Positions 24,567 to 36,338 are shown, numbered from the whole stretch's first letter. The stretch: 60,414 bases of DNA, filler included, from Perkinsus olseni (GCA_013115125.1; 2 parts of 2 records of this genome joined end to end with filler, not necessarily neighbours in it); one strand, 5' to 3'. Notes: a model not told the origin generated them from the letters alone. A program made the numbers and translations.

Positions 24567-26072
24567 TTAGGTTTCATGACTATCATCGTCCGCATCAGCC
24601 GTGCCGGGCTCGTCCACAGTCCCTCGTTCTCGGATCCCGAGGAAAGGCAGCTCCTCTGAGGCAGTGCTGTCTCCTTGCAGTGAGCCTCCGCAAGCTCGCC
24701 TCAACCCTTCTACAAGTCCCTTGTCGTCAGCATCAGCCGCGTTGAAAAGTCTCCTCGCGGCGAAGGCGAAAGTCTGTGCAGCGACGCCCATCTCGGGTGG
24801 CCGTGCCTCCATGTTATTGACTACAGCCGTTTGCCCGAGCCGGAGCAGTTCGGACTGCCAGTACTGCAGAGCGTGGTACCTCTGGATGTCGATCAGATTA
24901 GGGCCCGGGAATGCTAGTTTCGCCTTCGCCTTAGGCTTCGGTTTCGCCTTGGGCTTCTTCACCGATTTAGAGTCATTTCTGGGGGGAACTACTCGCAACG
25001 TCGCCGACTTCAGTGTGGGGGCATGACCAGCATATTTGAATGGCAACTGGGTCGGCGACGCCGTCATATGCCCCTGGGCAGCTGGCAAACTCGAGAACGG
25101 AGCAGAACTCGCTCCCTGAATAGGTATCGCCTGCCTCATCATCGGCACCTGCGCCTTGCCCGACTGGGGCGGGAATGGCCCAGCAGGGCTTCCGTAGTCG
25201 AGCGGCCTGATGGCAGCTTGAACTCTGAATCGTATGTCCGAGTAGCTCTCATGGGAGGGCACAGAAACCGAGTTGGTTCCAGCGGAGCGATGCTGTCTCC
25301 ACAACTCTCGTAGCCGCGAGCCAGCAGCTTGGGCACAGGCGATCACATGGCCATTACTACCCAAAACCGACCCATAGAGCCCGAACTGCTGCCCCGTCCG
25401 TTGCGCCGGTCTCTCCATTACTACGAGCCCGATCGAGCTGCGGTAGTGATGCGGAGAGAAGTCAGACACGACAAGTTGGACGTCCTCGGGAGACAGACAT
25501 ACTCCAGTTCCTCCCGCAAGCCTCCCGGCGATACTAGCGAAGTCCACCGGGCCGACCGAGCCAGCGGCTTTGACCTCGTTGTCGAACTCAGTGATAATCT
25601 GTTTCACAGTCGATAAGTGTAGCTTCAATAAATGAGGATCGCGTTGCCGAATCTCTCGGTCGACGAGCTGCAACTCCGGAGCTTCTAGCCCAACTCTCGC
25701 TCTTTTGGCGGCCTGACGCTGCAAGTTGCCACCGCGGCGCTTTCGTGGCTTAGGCTCCTCGAACTGAGTGGTGCGTGGCCGCCGTTGCTTCATCCGAGAG
25801 TCAGAGTTCACAACATCCACGGCGGTCCCCGACACAGAATACTGGGCGCGGCCTGTGCCGAGCTGAATGAGTAAGAAATAGTAGGACTGGCAAAGTACTT
25901 GGAAACTTATTACTTCACTCGGCGCGTCGGAAACTTTGCTTTTCAACCAAGTTCCCTTCGGGTCAGCGAAATCGCCCGCAGATGCAGATGCAGTCGTCGA
26001 AGCTACCGTGCTGCTCGAATCCAAAAACGCGAAGCTCGGTGGGGACGAAGTTTGAGGGCGGTGATGATTCAT
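24567..26072 (-). CDS. Hypothetical protein, basic/low-complexity, possible NLS
   Basis: Long ORF (536 codons in the track). Likely ATG at 26072 and a probable in-frame intron near 25.86-25.91k. Basic patches KPRKRR and KKPKAKPKPKAKAK. No family recognised. Confidence 0.6.
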   Translation of the reverse strand: MNHHRPQTSSPPSFAFLDSSSTVASTTASASAGDFADPKGTWLKSKVSDAPSEVISFQVLCQSYYFLLIQLGTGRAQYSVSGTAVDVVNSDSRMKQRRPRTTQFEEPKPRKRRGGNLQRQAAKRARVGLEAPELQLVDREIRQRDPHLLKLHLSTVKQIITEFDNEVKAAGSVGPVDFASIAGRLAGGTGVCLSPEDVQLVVSDFSPHHYRSSIGLVVMERPAQRTGQQFGLYGSVLGSNGHVIACAQAAGSRLRELWRQHRSAGTNSVSVPSHESYSDIRFRVQAAIRPLDYGSPAGPFPPQSGKAQVPMMRQAIPIQGASSAPFSSLPAAQGHMTASPTQLPFKYAGHAPTLKSATLRVVPPRNDSKSVKKPKAKPKPKAKAKLAFPGPNLIDIQRYHALQYWQSELLRLGQTAVVNNMEARPPEMGVAAQTFAFAARRLFNAADADDKGLVEGLRRACGGSLQGDSTASEELPFLGIRERGTVDEPGTADADDDSHET

Positions 26073-26178
26073 AAATGGTTTCAACAGCACGATGTGAGAC
26101 CCTGGAAATTCGAGTTTGCGGAAGTGGGATGAGCAACGATCCATAAAGCAGGAGGTAGTAGCAGGCCGCCCTACCACG

Positions 26179-26251
26179 GGCCTCGTGGCCTAACGGATAA
26201 GGTGTTGATATTCTGAACCAAAAATTGGGGGTTCGAGTCGCACCGAGAGCA
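26179..26251 (+). pseudogene. Degenerate tRNA-Arg(TCT)-like sequence
   Basis: 73 nt: GGCCTCG TG GCCT AACGGATA AGGT G TTGAT ATTCTGA ACCAA AAATT GGGGG TTCGAGT CGCAC CGAGAGC A. Canonical cloverleaf spacing, A box TGGCCTAACGG and near-consensus B box, but 2 mismatches in the acceptor stem, 1 in the anticodon stem and 2 in the T stem. Confidence 0.75.
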
Positions 26252-26758
26252 CGTATTCGTTCTCGCAATAAGTGGTGTAATGCACTTCATGTAAGATCGG
26301 GAAGTAAGAGTCGGGCGAAACTCAAGATTATTAAATCATACGATAATAATCCGAGTCCACCAAGCTACGCGAGACACGCAACCTGTAAGCAGTTAATCGA
26401 TCGTACATCCACAAATCTCCCCAGTTGGCCTCCACATGAGAATACCTTGCTCGGTAACCAGATGAAACCGTACGTGATTGAAGAGGTACAGTTCGTAGGA
26501 GCACCAAGCGTAGCGATGGACAACCTCGCTAACGCCACGCGAAGCCCCCTTGTAAGACACACAAGAAATAGGCCGGCAGTGAGAGAAACGTACTGTGGAG
26601 AACAACGTCAGTGACTGTGGTCGAGTGTACTATACTACAGGGAAGTAGTTAGCAGGTACGTAGAACGTAGAGCAAGTAAATGTAGAATCAGCAACGGGCA
26701 TACGAGTCCCAGCCTAACCGAGATGGGACCGTCGTATCGACTCCTGCCAAAGAGCTAT

Positions 26759-28582
26759 TCAATCTCCATTCATTTGAACATCATCATCGCTGATCCCTTG
26801 TTTTTGCTTCCGTTTATCGAGCTCTGTAGCAAGGTGTTGGAGCGGCTCTGTCCACTGGGCGTCTTCAGGCTGTCTCCGGATCAAGTCCAAAGCATGAGTC
26901 ACGCACTCAGAGGCTATGCGGAGAGGCTCAGTCCGATCTAAAAGACAGACTCAAGATCTACCCACTCCCGCAACAGTTAACGGCAATCATCGCTTCTCGT
27001 GATAGAAGAAAAGGACACGACTAGCAGCCGCAGTACGAGAAGAGCCATGTCCGCGCTTCGCACCTATCGCTTCAGCATCTCGCCTGTCTGTCTTGGCTGC
27101 TGCAGCCGCGGTCATGTGAGCACAAGCTAATACGTACCAAACCTCAACTTCATTTTCGTCCTCATCGAGTAATTGATGGAGCACCTACAGCACAGTCGCC
27201 GTGTCGAGGCCAAACATCCGCCAAGTCGGCGTTGAAAGCTCTCAAGTGCACACGACGGACAAATCCCACCTCAATGGCTTCGTCCGAGGCGTCAATGTCG
27301 GTTAAGGTCTTAGCTAACTGCAATCTGATGGGCATGGGAGGTAGCGCCTCGGGATCTTCTTCACCAATACTCCCTGCAAGTCAGTATTAGCGGGCCCGGT
27401 TGCCCCGTGTGAGAGCCCCGTAATACGTGTAACCTCGAGTGCTCTTTTGCACAGTTCCTTGGCCTTATCGAATTCTTGTATAACCTTGTAATACACGGCC
27501 AGACCAGAGAGAGCCTCCACGGATTGCGGCGCACGTGAGACGACCTACGGAAGAATAATGTTTGCCCAGCGATAGAACACACGAGATTTGCAGCAACGCC
27601 CTTCACTACCCCCTCTAAATACTTCTTGCACATTTCTTCGGCGTCGGGCTCGTCGCACATATCGGTCATGTAAAGCTCACCAATAGCGCACATGGCTGAT
27701 ATGAGCCTGCAATGAAGTCCCCGGGCGCCTCAACCCGAGAAGAGAGCCTACCTGGATTCGACCACGCTCCGAACTTCCTCCCCTTCCACTTCCGCATCCT
27801 GAAGTTCATTCTCCAGGATCTGCGCAGCTTTCGTGAAATACTGCAAGGATTCATTCCCCTCCGACAGCTGTCCCAAATAGAAATATCTACCGAAGCAGGC
27901 GACACTGAACTACGAAGCTCTCAAGTTCAAACAACAGAAAGTGAAATTTCACCCTGGAACAGGCTGCACGGAGCGCCAAGCACGCGAGCAGGCCGAGGCA
28001 CGATTACGATTCATATTCTCTCGAAAATTTCGCTCCCGTTGCACTACTTGCTCCCATTGTAATTAGGTGCCAACTCGACACTCCGTTTGAACAGCTCTAC
28101 CGCTTTCTCCACGTCCTCGTTAGAGTACTCCAGTAGTACCTGAGACTTAGCCGATGCGGAAGGAGGGTCGATATTCCTACTACTACCTCGCCGTAGAAGT
28201 CAAGGACGTCTGGGTTGTTGGGTTCGATTTGAAACGCTTTGTCCATATACCTACATGCCCAAGATCTCATCGACCGCCGAGTCTTGTAGAATATCAGAAC
28301 GCTATCCCCCCAAAAACACGTCAGCGAGCAGATTCCATTCCCACCCAGTCCAATAAATGGACCCCTGGAAGTATACTCTGGCCTACAACATCGAGTCCGG
28401 CAGTTCTCCGGCCTCGTGTATGATCAAAACGACCCCAAAATTCCCAGTTCAAGCACTACGCTACCCTTCTACCGTAAGGCCATCTCTCCCTCCGGTGGGA
28501 ATCTTCCCAGACACTCGCTGGCCCGGGATATAAGATCTTGGGCGGTAACGTCCGTCGGAGTCGGGGACCGCCTAGAGGGCAT
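26759..28582 (-). CDS. TPR protein, probable Acl4-like assembly chaperone of ribosomal protein L4 (multi-exon)
   Basis: Spliced by eye: MPSRRSPTPTDVTAQDLISRA..EMALRYMDKAFQIEPNNPDVLDFYGE (TPR), CAIGELYMTDMCDEPDAEEMCKKYL, LLDEDENEVEVWYVLA, acidic tail ...ISDDDVQMNGD*. The ELYMTD.C.E.DAE motif is typical of Acl4-family proteins. Confidence 0.7.
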
Positions 28583-29679
28583 TATTCGTTAACTGTGAGA
28601 GCAGACATCGTCTCCCTCATCCGAGCCTCCTCCATGGTGCATGGAGGCTTCTGGAATCTACGGTCGAGCCATCGTTCTGGCGAGTTCTCCCCTCGCATGG
28701 CCCGATGCATCGGTGCAGGCTCGGCGGAATGGCGAGCGAGAAATGGTCTCGTAAGAGCGCGCGTCTCTTAAAAATCGGGGTGCATGTAAGTCCACCATGG
28801 TCCATGAGTTGAGGTGAATTAGAAGCTCGTATTCAGAGTTCCACCAGTCCTGTGACCTTCTGGTGCTTCGTAAAGTCGCAGCGTTCGGCCCCTGGACATT
28901 GAGATTTAATTTCATGTGTATCCTGGTCGGAGTACACGCACCATCGTGGGTCACCCGTGGGCCAAGGTGACCCGGTCACGGGAGACCTGGGACCTGAGGT
29001 CCCTAGGTGCGCAATTTTTCAATGACCGACCTTTTATACCTCTCGCTCTCGTTGGCGTGGCGCGCAGTTTCAGGCTCTGACCAAGAGATTGTCTCACTTC
29101 TCGGCGTGTGGCTGGAGACAAAAGGCTGAGCAGTGGCTGGTCTTTCTAGGTCACTGCGTATTCTGAGTTTCTTAGCGTTGATGAGTAACCTATCAATTTC
29201 TGGAGCTTACGCGTGTACTGAGGAATGTGTGCGAAAGACCTGTATACCGGCCGTACGTTGAAAAGTCTAGTAGATGTGTGCCTGTTAGATGAACTTGCAG
29301 GAATCCTGAGCTGCGCAGGTGGCATGAGGGCCTTTCGAAGGTTCGACGTTCAGGCGAGGCCATAGGGCTACGAAACCCGGGTGCTACTGAAACTAGTGGT
29401 CTGAAAAGTGGTACGCCATGCTCACACGCGCTTAAGTTTTCCACCTTGGATTTTGCCTCAAGCGAATACCGCTTTGGTCTTGAATACGCACCCACTTTAC
29501 TAAGTATATCATACAGCAGTCCGATCAGGCCAAATTGAGGTACCTGGTCCCGTCGTCAAGATGTCTTTTGTAGCCTGTCAGACCAGAAGGGCGGCTCTTG
29601 CGTGCCATAGTAGAGCATTCTTTCTGTCGTGGTGTTTTGTCGGTTAATGTTGCTTTTGAATTCAGTATTCTTTGTGTAA

Positions 29680-30150
29680 ATGAGTCTCCAATATAGAGGA
29701 ACTAAGTCAGGCTCCTCTGAGGAGGATAACGGAGGCCATCGTCATCATCATCGGCGGACTCCGAGCAGTTGGAAGCAGGAACAGGTCGTAGGGGAGAGAG
29801 CGGAGGAGACTTCGGAAGGGCAGACTACGTCGGACGGGGGTAGCCTTTCGGTGGTGGAAAGGTTGCGTGCCGAGAAGCTCAAGTTGGAGAAAGATATGCT
29901 ACGCCTGGAGAAGCAAAATCGGCAGCTTTTGGATGAGAACAAGAAATTGAAGGTGCAGAAGCAGGTTGTGGTACACAGCGAGGAGGGCCTCAGAAGAGTC
30001 CTCGATCAAGATCCACTTGTCAATATGTCATGTTTTGGGCATAACAACTACAAGAACGTTTCTGACTTGTACTTCGAGCTGCAGCATGAAATCTGCTGGC
30101 TGGAGCGAGACGACCTAGCAACACTCGCAGCTGAGCTGCTAGAAGTGTAA
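29680..30150 (+). CDS. Hypothetical coiled-coil protein (possibly truncated by the gap, or TE-derived)
   Basis: 156 aa ORF after a T-rich leader, with heptad-like segment LRAEKLKLEKDMLRLEKQNRQLLDENKKLKV. It ends 35 bp before the assembly spacer. Confidence 0.4.
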   Translation: MSLQYRGTKSGSSEEDNGGHRHHHRRTPSSWKQEQVVGERAEETSEGQTTSDGGSLSVVERLRAEKLKLEKDMLRLEKQNRQLLDENKKLKVQKQVVVHSEEGLRRVLDQDPLVNMSCFGHNNYKNVSDLYFELQHEICWLERDDLATLAAELLEV

Positions 30151-30185
30151 CACAAGATCCGGAGATATTGGGCTGCGATGGAGAG

Positions 30186-30285
30186 NNNNNNNNNNNNNNN
30201 NNNNNNNNNNNNNNNNNNNNNNNNNNNNNTTAATTAATTAANNNNNNNNNNNNNNNNNNNNNNNNNNNNNNNNNNNNNNNNNNNN
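30186..30285. other. Artificial assembly spacer (N44-TTAATTAATTAA-N44)
   Basis: Exactly 100 bp. The central TTAATTAATTAA (30230-30241) puts stop codons in all six frames, a standard contig-joining linker. Confidence 0.97.
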
Positions 30286-31583
30286 CCGCGAGACCTTCGA
30301 TGATGCCGAGGACCAGTAGCAGACGGATCATGTTGAGGATAACCACACTTGTTCAACAGACTTCAGTGCGGTTCGGAACGACGCGCGTGCTGCGTTCCTC
30401 CGAAACCGCCCGAGGCGCGCGCAAATACACCTAGTAATCGTAAGGGTCCCCTCGGCCGGGTTGGAGCCCTTTGCGCCAGCTGAACTCGCTCCAGGCGAAG
30501 CCTTGCTAATTTTACTTACGTGATAAAAGCTTACAGATGAAACAGGGTTCAGTAATTTCGACCAACAAAATGCACGCATGCTCATGTGTTGATGCGTAGG
30601 GGACAGCTCTCTTGCGACAAGACTGTGAGGACGGCGCAGAGCTGTGCGGTACCAACGTATGAACCCCCGAAAGGGGCTCCTTCTGGAACCACAGTCACTA
30701 GTGTCGCAGAAACTCTCAAGGGAGTGGGCCGGGACCGGTCGAAACCCGACAGGGCAACCAGAAACCCGAACTGTTATCCAAGGCTAAGCTGCTCACAAGC
30801 GAGCCAGAAATCCGAGCTGTTAGGTGGGTGAAGGCGGGAGTACAAATTTGGGGCAAGGGGTACAAAGAAAAGAGGCACGCACTAAAAAAGTTTTGACATC
30901 GCGAACAAAAATGTTGCCTTCGGCAACACTTTTCCCTTCGACAAGTTCTCCAGTGGAGAATCTCCACCCGAGTTCTATCCGCACACAGCGCGTTTCTCCG
31001 AATTTACGTGCAACTGCAATAAAAGCGCGTTATCGAGGAAGGTCCGATCTTGGAGCAAGTTCAATGAATGAGAGGTTGGGGGCGCGGTGGCGAGCGCGGC
31101 TGCCCGGGCGAGCGCGTGTGTCGTGGAGGAAATGCCGGTCGTCGGTCGAGCGGGTGTGGTCGAGACCTCGAAATTTTTTGGTTTGCGTCATTTGATTGGA
31201 TTGTTTGCGCATGGCAATAAGATCCCAGTTCTTTCAGACCACAAAGGCCGCAGGTTAAGCAGAGAGTAATATCAAGTTGTGTATAATAAAGGGTGTTTCA
31301 CTGCGGTGTGAGTGACTTTGATCGTGGTCCCACTGGCGAGAAATGAGTGTTTGGCGATGAAAATTGGGCCAGAGGGGCTCAATATCATAGAAAGTGCGAC
31401 GCCGGAGTTTGATAGATCCACGAGGTGCGCAGCCAGAATTACAACGCGAAAGGACCTCCAAGGAGCCCCTCCGCTCAGCCGCGTTTTTCTGTCCGACTGT
31501 CCAGCTCCCCTTGCATAGGCATGGCGGCCTTGTGACCCCCCACCCTTTGAAATCGACCCTTCGTGAACAGCTACAGCTGGGCT

Positions 31584-31808
31584 ACACCTCGGAGTTGGAG
31601 ATAATGACCTCGAGCCACGGAACAGTCACGTTGTCCAATGCAGCAGGGTTCTTCCAATGCAGCAGGGTTCTTCACGGTGACAGGGTTCACAAGGACCCAA
31701 ACAGTCGTAGGGCAACACCTCGGAGTTGGAGATAATGACCTCGAGCCACGGAACAGTCACGTTGTCCAATGCAGCAGGGTTCTTCACGGTGACAGGGTTC
31801 ACAAGGAC
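31584..31808. repeat. Near-tandem direct duplication of a 94-bp unit
   Basis: 31584-31696 and 31715-31808 are identical except that copy 1 carries an internal 19-bp duplication (ccaatgcagcagggttctt). Confidence 0.9.
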
Positions 31809-32379
31809 ATATAATGTACCTCACAGGATATAGGAGTAGCACTGAGCAGGCAATATTTCACCACTCCCCCGTAACGGTAACGCTTCCGACGGATAAGGAG
31901 GGAAAATGGTTTAGGGGCGGAGAAAGAGTTTTAGGGGCTGTTGAGAAATGAGTGTTTGATGTGACCCTTATAGTTAACGCAAGCCATCGTACGTAGTCAT
32001 AGGTCTCAGTAGTTCTTCACAGTAAGAGTTCCAAAGACGTCTGAATCATATTGAGCTAACATTGAGACTTCTTCCATCCTATTCTTCCTATGTTTATGCG
32101 TGCTGCTATCATCGAAAGTATTGCAAGTTTCCAAGTTTTAGCAACGAGTTGCAACAGGGGCGGCCGAAGTATTTTAGGGGCGCGCGGAAGTGCAGGCCGA
32201 AAAAAGACCCTGCCGCAACCCTTCTCTCTTGTAACTACGGTCTCCTATTATTGGCCTTATAGTATCTTCGAGCCGCCTGTCAGACAGTCCCTGTTCGGGC
32301 TCATCAACCTTTCCCTCCTTCAAGCGCCCTTTTCTATTGTCCCCTTACAATAAACCGTAAAGGGATACTTTAGTTTTCA

Positions 32380-35300
32380 ATGGCTTCCTCGGTGCCAAGT
32401 GATAGCAAGTCCAATACTGCAACGACCGACTCGCCTTCGACCAGATCGAAAGAGGCCACTGAGGGCAGCTCTATCGCCCCTGAGAGGTCGTCGCCGTCCG
32501 CAGCCCCTCCACCGACGACGACAACAGCCCAGATCGATACCAACTTCGACGCGGTAGAATTTTTCAAGGAGGAGTTGCAGAACGAAGACGCTTGTGAAAG
32601 AGCGAAGTGTGCCAGACGAGTGCATCTCATTGCTAGCCACATAGGACCACAGAGGACGGTGTCCGTGCTGGTAGGCGAGGCATGCTACCGCTAGGAGGAG
32701 TAGCGGTCGTGGATCAGATACCAGTCATTTCGGAAGCCATCCAAAAGGGAGGGGTGTGCTGTGATGATGATGAGGTAGTAGTGGTGGGGAGAGATGATGA
32801 AAGAATGCAGAAATGCAGTTTTTACTCACTTTCGATTCTAGAAATATTGAGAAGTCTGTATTCTTTACGGATTTGCTACTGTAGTAGTAGTTCGGAGAGC
32901 ACGTCGCCCAATCTATTGACAGCCTCGTCATAGATGCTGACAGCGTCGATGTTATAGTAAATTCGCGTTGACCGTATCACCATTCATGCGGATCTAGTAC
33001 GAACTGGTCCATAACCTTGATAGTACTACTACTACTGTAGTTCACAGTCTTCGACGCCCTTTAGGTTCTCTACGCGTTGGCATTGAGCCTCCCGAATCTA
33101 ACTAAGCACGTCGATGGCCGGTATGAGGTAGTGCCTTCAGCGGGTTTACAGTCCTGGTTTCAATGCCATCACCGCCAGGCGCTGGTCCCCCCTCTGGAGT
33201 GCCTCGCGAGACAGGACGAAACAGTCATCAGAAATGCGGCGGTCGATGGTCTGGTCAAAATCGCCGAGACCAGCGAGGCCATCTGTCAGCAGTACTGCTT
33301 TCCGGCCTTGGTGAGGTAGTAGTACCACACCATTCGACACTCGTAACTTCGCGTATCGTCCACAGGTTAGCAGCAGGGGAATGGTTCACGACAAGAGTCA
33401 GCGCATGCTGTTTGGCCCCCGGTAAGATTTCCCCGTCGCCATCTCCCCCCTCATCGCCCGCCAAGGTTTGTACTGCCACTGTACTGAGCAGCAACAAGCT
33501 GAGGTTAGGAGGTTGTTCGCTTGCCTTGCCAATGACGATACTCCCATGGTCAAGAGGGCAGCTGCCCAGCAGACTAGGTTGGCTTCTCGGCTTGCTATCG
33601 ACTTGACGAGGAACGACCTCTCCAGGTACTTATTCGAAGTAGTTGATAAATCGTCTATTATATCAGAGTTATTGGGCATCCATCGTTCGCAGGCAACTGA
33701 TGAGGTTCAGGATGCTATACGGTAGTACTTCGTTCGAGGGGAACTAGAGATGACTACGGTTGGTGGCAAATGAACTGTGCTTGCCTCGGAGCAATCAGGC
33801 CCAAAGTATACGTGGCTGCATGCTGACATTCGGTCACTATCAGTTCATATCACGATATGGTAGATTTGTGGTATTTGAGTAGTTTTATTGGCATACATGA
33901 GCCTCTCCCGAGTTCGAGGAGTGCGCCCAAGAGCGTTTTGCGTGTCAAGTCCCCTTCTGGGAGCGCTACTGTGGCTCAGGAGAGGCTTACGCAACACCCT
34001 CACCACTGCACCAGTAACCAACCGTTGCAAAGTTGTTACCCTAGGGGTGTCAGTATTATCAGCCTCGCGGAAATATTCTGAGAAATTGTCTTCCATGCGC
34101 CGTGCTGACTAAATAGACGGTAGAGGTCGATTATTAGAGCAGTAGCTGGATACTGGAGTTAGTTCTGGCTGGCTACCCTGACGCCCTCTTTCTTGCAGGG
34201 AAGCATGCGTTCATTCCACAATGGTGATGGCTGAGAAGTTAACTGAGGATGATAATAGGTGAGGTCCAAAGACAGGCTCTTATGTCGCCTGTTAGAGAAT
34301 GAATCCACCTACGGTCGGGGTCGTCCAGATCGCCTCATGGCGTGCATTCTGACGAGTGTTTCATAATGACTGTTCCGAATAGTTTCATACCACTCCTTTC
34401 GCTATTCTCAGGCAATACACTGTCTGGGCATTGACATCATTCTTCACGGACCGATCGTGGAGAGTCAGGCTCAGTATGGCTAAGTATTTTGACAGGCTCT
34501 GCAAGGCATTGGGGTAATGGTGATAACATGAACTCTGAGGGGCGGCCCATCCCTCCCTTGCAGGCCAGATTTGACGACATCAGACCTGCTGCAGCCCTTC
34601 ACTGGTCTTCTTAACGACCCCGAGCAGGACGTCCGTATCGCAGCTGTCGAGGCGGTGCAAAAATGTGTGTCTGTCTTGTCGGTACGTTCCCAATCGTGGC
34701 CAAGGAGTCGTTACTAAGGCCGCGGTTCTCCGATCAGGTGGATCAGCTTCAGTCCTTCATAATTCCGCAGTTCTCTAAACTTGCCCTGGACCAAGCTCAG
34801 CCGGTCAGAGCAGCCCTGGCCGATATCATAGGAGGGGTTGCGGAGGCCCTCGGTAGTGAGGGGTGGATTTGACGATTTTGGCGGCGGAGCGAAGCGGCCT
34901 CAGGTCGGGATGCAACACAAAAGACTCTCCTGAATTTGATATTGGATCTCATGAAAGACGAACATCACACGGTTCGGCTGAACATGGTCTCCCAGGCGGC
35001 CACCATATGCGGGGTAAGCGAACCCTTCTAGCGGTAGGAGGAGGGAGTCTGAGCCGACTCTTAGGTGCTGGGCCTCGACACTATGGTCGGATCCGTGCTG
35101 GGAACAGTCCAATCGCTGATCATGGATAACCAGTGGAGGATACGTCTTGCTGTTATACAGCAGATGCCCAAGTGACGAGATACCCCTTCCCGAGGCTGCT
35201 GTATGGTGCTTGCTCTGCTCAGACTGGCCCAGCTTTTCGGTCCAGAGTTGTTTCAGCAGAAATTAGAGGGCCTCTTCTTGAGCAGCCTGAATGACAGCGT

Positions 35301-35984
35301 CTACAGTGTCAGGGAGGCGGTCATCGCTAATATTCAAGTAGCAAGCCGCATACCAAATTTCGACCAACTTAGCGTTCTCTCCTGGTCAGCCCATATCTGA
35401 GGTTTTCGGCTCCCAGTGGACTGAGGAGCACCTCTTGCCCAAAATAGTAGAACAATACAAGCAAGTTCAAGGCCAGGGTTACAGCGGCCGTCTAACGACT
35501 CTGCAGGCGGTAAGGCGTCTCTAGGAGTATCTCTTTCATTGTGTGAGGTGTCAGCTACCTCGACTGACCTTCGTGATGAACTCGGAGCAAGTCGAGCAGC
35601 ATATCATGCCTGTGCTGGTGAAGGCCACTAAGGACCCCGTGCCCAACGTCAGGTATGCCTGGGAGGGGGTTGGGGTCATAGCAGGCTAGCTAGGGTACTG
35701 GAGTTTCGCCCGTTATACGTGAAATGCTCTTTTTCGTGAAGCTCTAGTGTGCTCAGGTTCGCGGCCTGCGAGTGTCTGATTTGGATGCTGGAAAATCATA
35801 AGTTGGAGAACCCGATGATGGTGACACAGTCTTTGGAGCCCACCGTAAAGGATGTCTTGTCGAACGAGCAAGACGCTGATGTGAAGTGAGAATTGTCCAG
35901 GGCAGGGATCGAACCGGGGACCTTTCGCTTGCTAACAGGTATATTGCACAGAAGGCCTTGGATGTCTGTATTAAAGTGACATAA
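32380..35984 (+). CDS. PPP2R1A: Protein phosphatase 2A 65 kDa scaffold (A) subunit, HEAT repeats, about 17 introns
   Basis: FFKEELQNED, IASHIGPQRT, LECLARQDETVIRNAAV, LAAGEWFTTRVSAC, DDTPMVKRAAA, DRSWRVR, DNQWRIRLAV, LNDSVYSVRE, DPVPNVRF, DADVKYIAQKAL. Stop TAA at 35982-35984. Confidence 0.93.
35894..35935 (-). pseudogene. tRNA 3'-half-like fragment (AGC/Ala-type anticodon loop) antisense inside the last PP2A-A intron
   Basis: Minus strand reads TTAGCAA GCGAA AGGTC CCCGG TTCGATC CCTGC CCTGGAC A, the exact spacing of anticodon loop, 3' stem, variable loop, T arm, acceptor strand and discriminator. B box GGTTCGATCCC; T stem only 3/5 paired. Lies within intron 35886-35938. Confidence 0.55.
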
Positions 35985-36338
35985 CAATAGCAGCCTTCGG
36001 AGTCACTTGTAGGAGCTGACCAATTGAATCTGCGCCTCCTGCTGCTGCCTGCCTTTTCACGTTTCTGACACCTCTAGCTAACACTCAGTACAAGCTGCTG
36101 TCACGGCCCGACTGTATATATAAAATTTTCACCATTATCATTGCCGCGGATGCGGAGGAGATCTGCCATGGGGGGCGGGGAGGTTGACCGCGTATCATCA
36201 GATGCCGCTGACTTATCTTGTGACTTGGTCGTGTTGAGAAACTGCAAGATTTCAAGATTTCATAAGAAGCCTTGCGTTGGTGGAATCAGCGCCCACCCGG
36301 GTTACCTCAATCATCAGCCACTGGTTTTTCCGGTCCGC

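Noticed and set aside
28471-28486. ACCGTAAGGCCATCTC resembling the Perkinsus/dinoflagellate spliced leader
   Set aside because: Only a partial gapped match, and it is the antisense of the first Acl4-like exon and its donor site.
30230-30241. TTAATTAATTAA palindrome inside the N run
   Set aside because: Synthetic six-frame-stop linker, not biological. It also means synteny across it cannot be assumed.
30672-31470. 11-bp inverted repeat AGGGGCTCCTT / AAGGAGCCCCT as possible TIRs
   Set aside because: No target-site duplication, and a match of this length is plausible by chance in a 2-kb region.
31584-31808. Repeat-spacer-repeat pattern as a possible CRISPR array
   Set aside because: Only two long (94 bp) units, no cas genes, and a eukaryotic context.
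31908-32180. Three TTTAGGG telomere-like heptamers
   Set aside because: Isolated rather than tandem; not a telomeric array.
32286-32300. AGTCCCTGTTCGGGC matching a tRNA-Lys 3' end / PBS-like sequence (weaker similar motif near 49.15k)
   Set aside because: No LTR, no T arm and no retroelement ORF nearby; probably chance.
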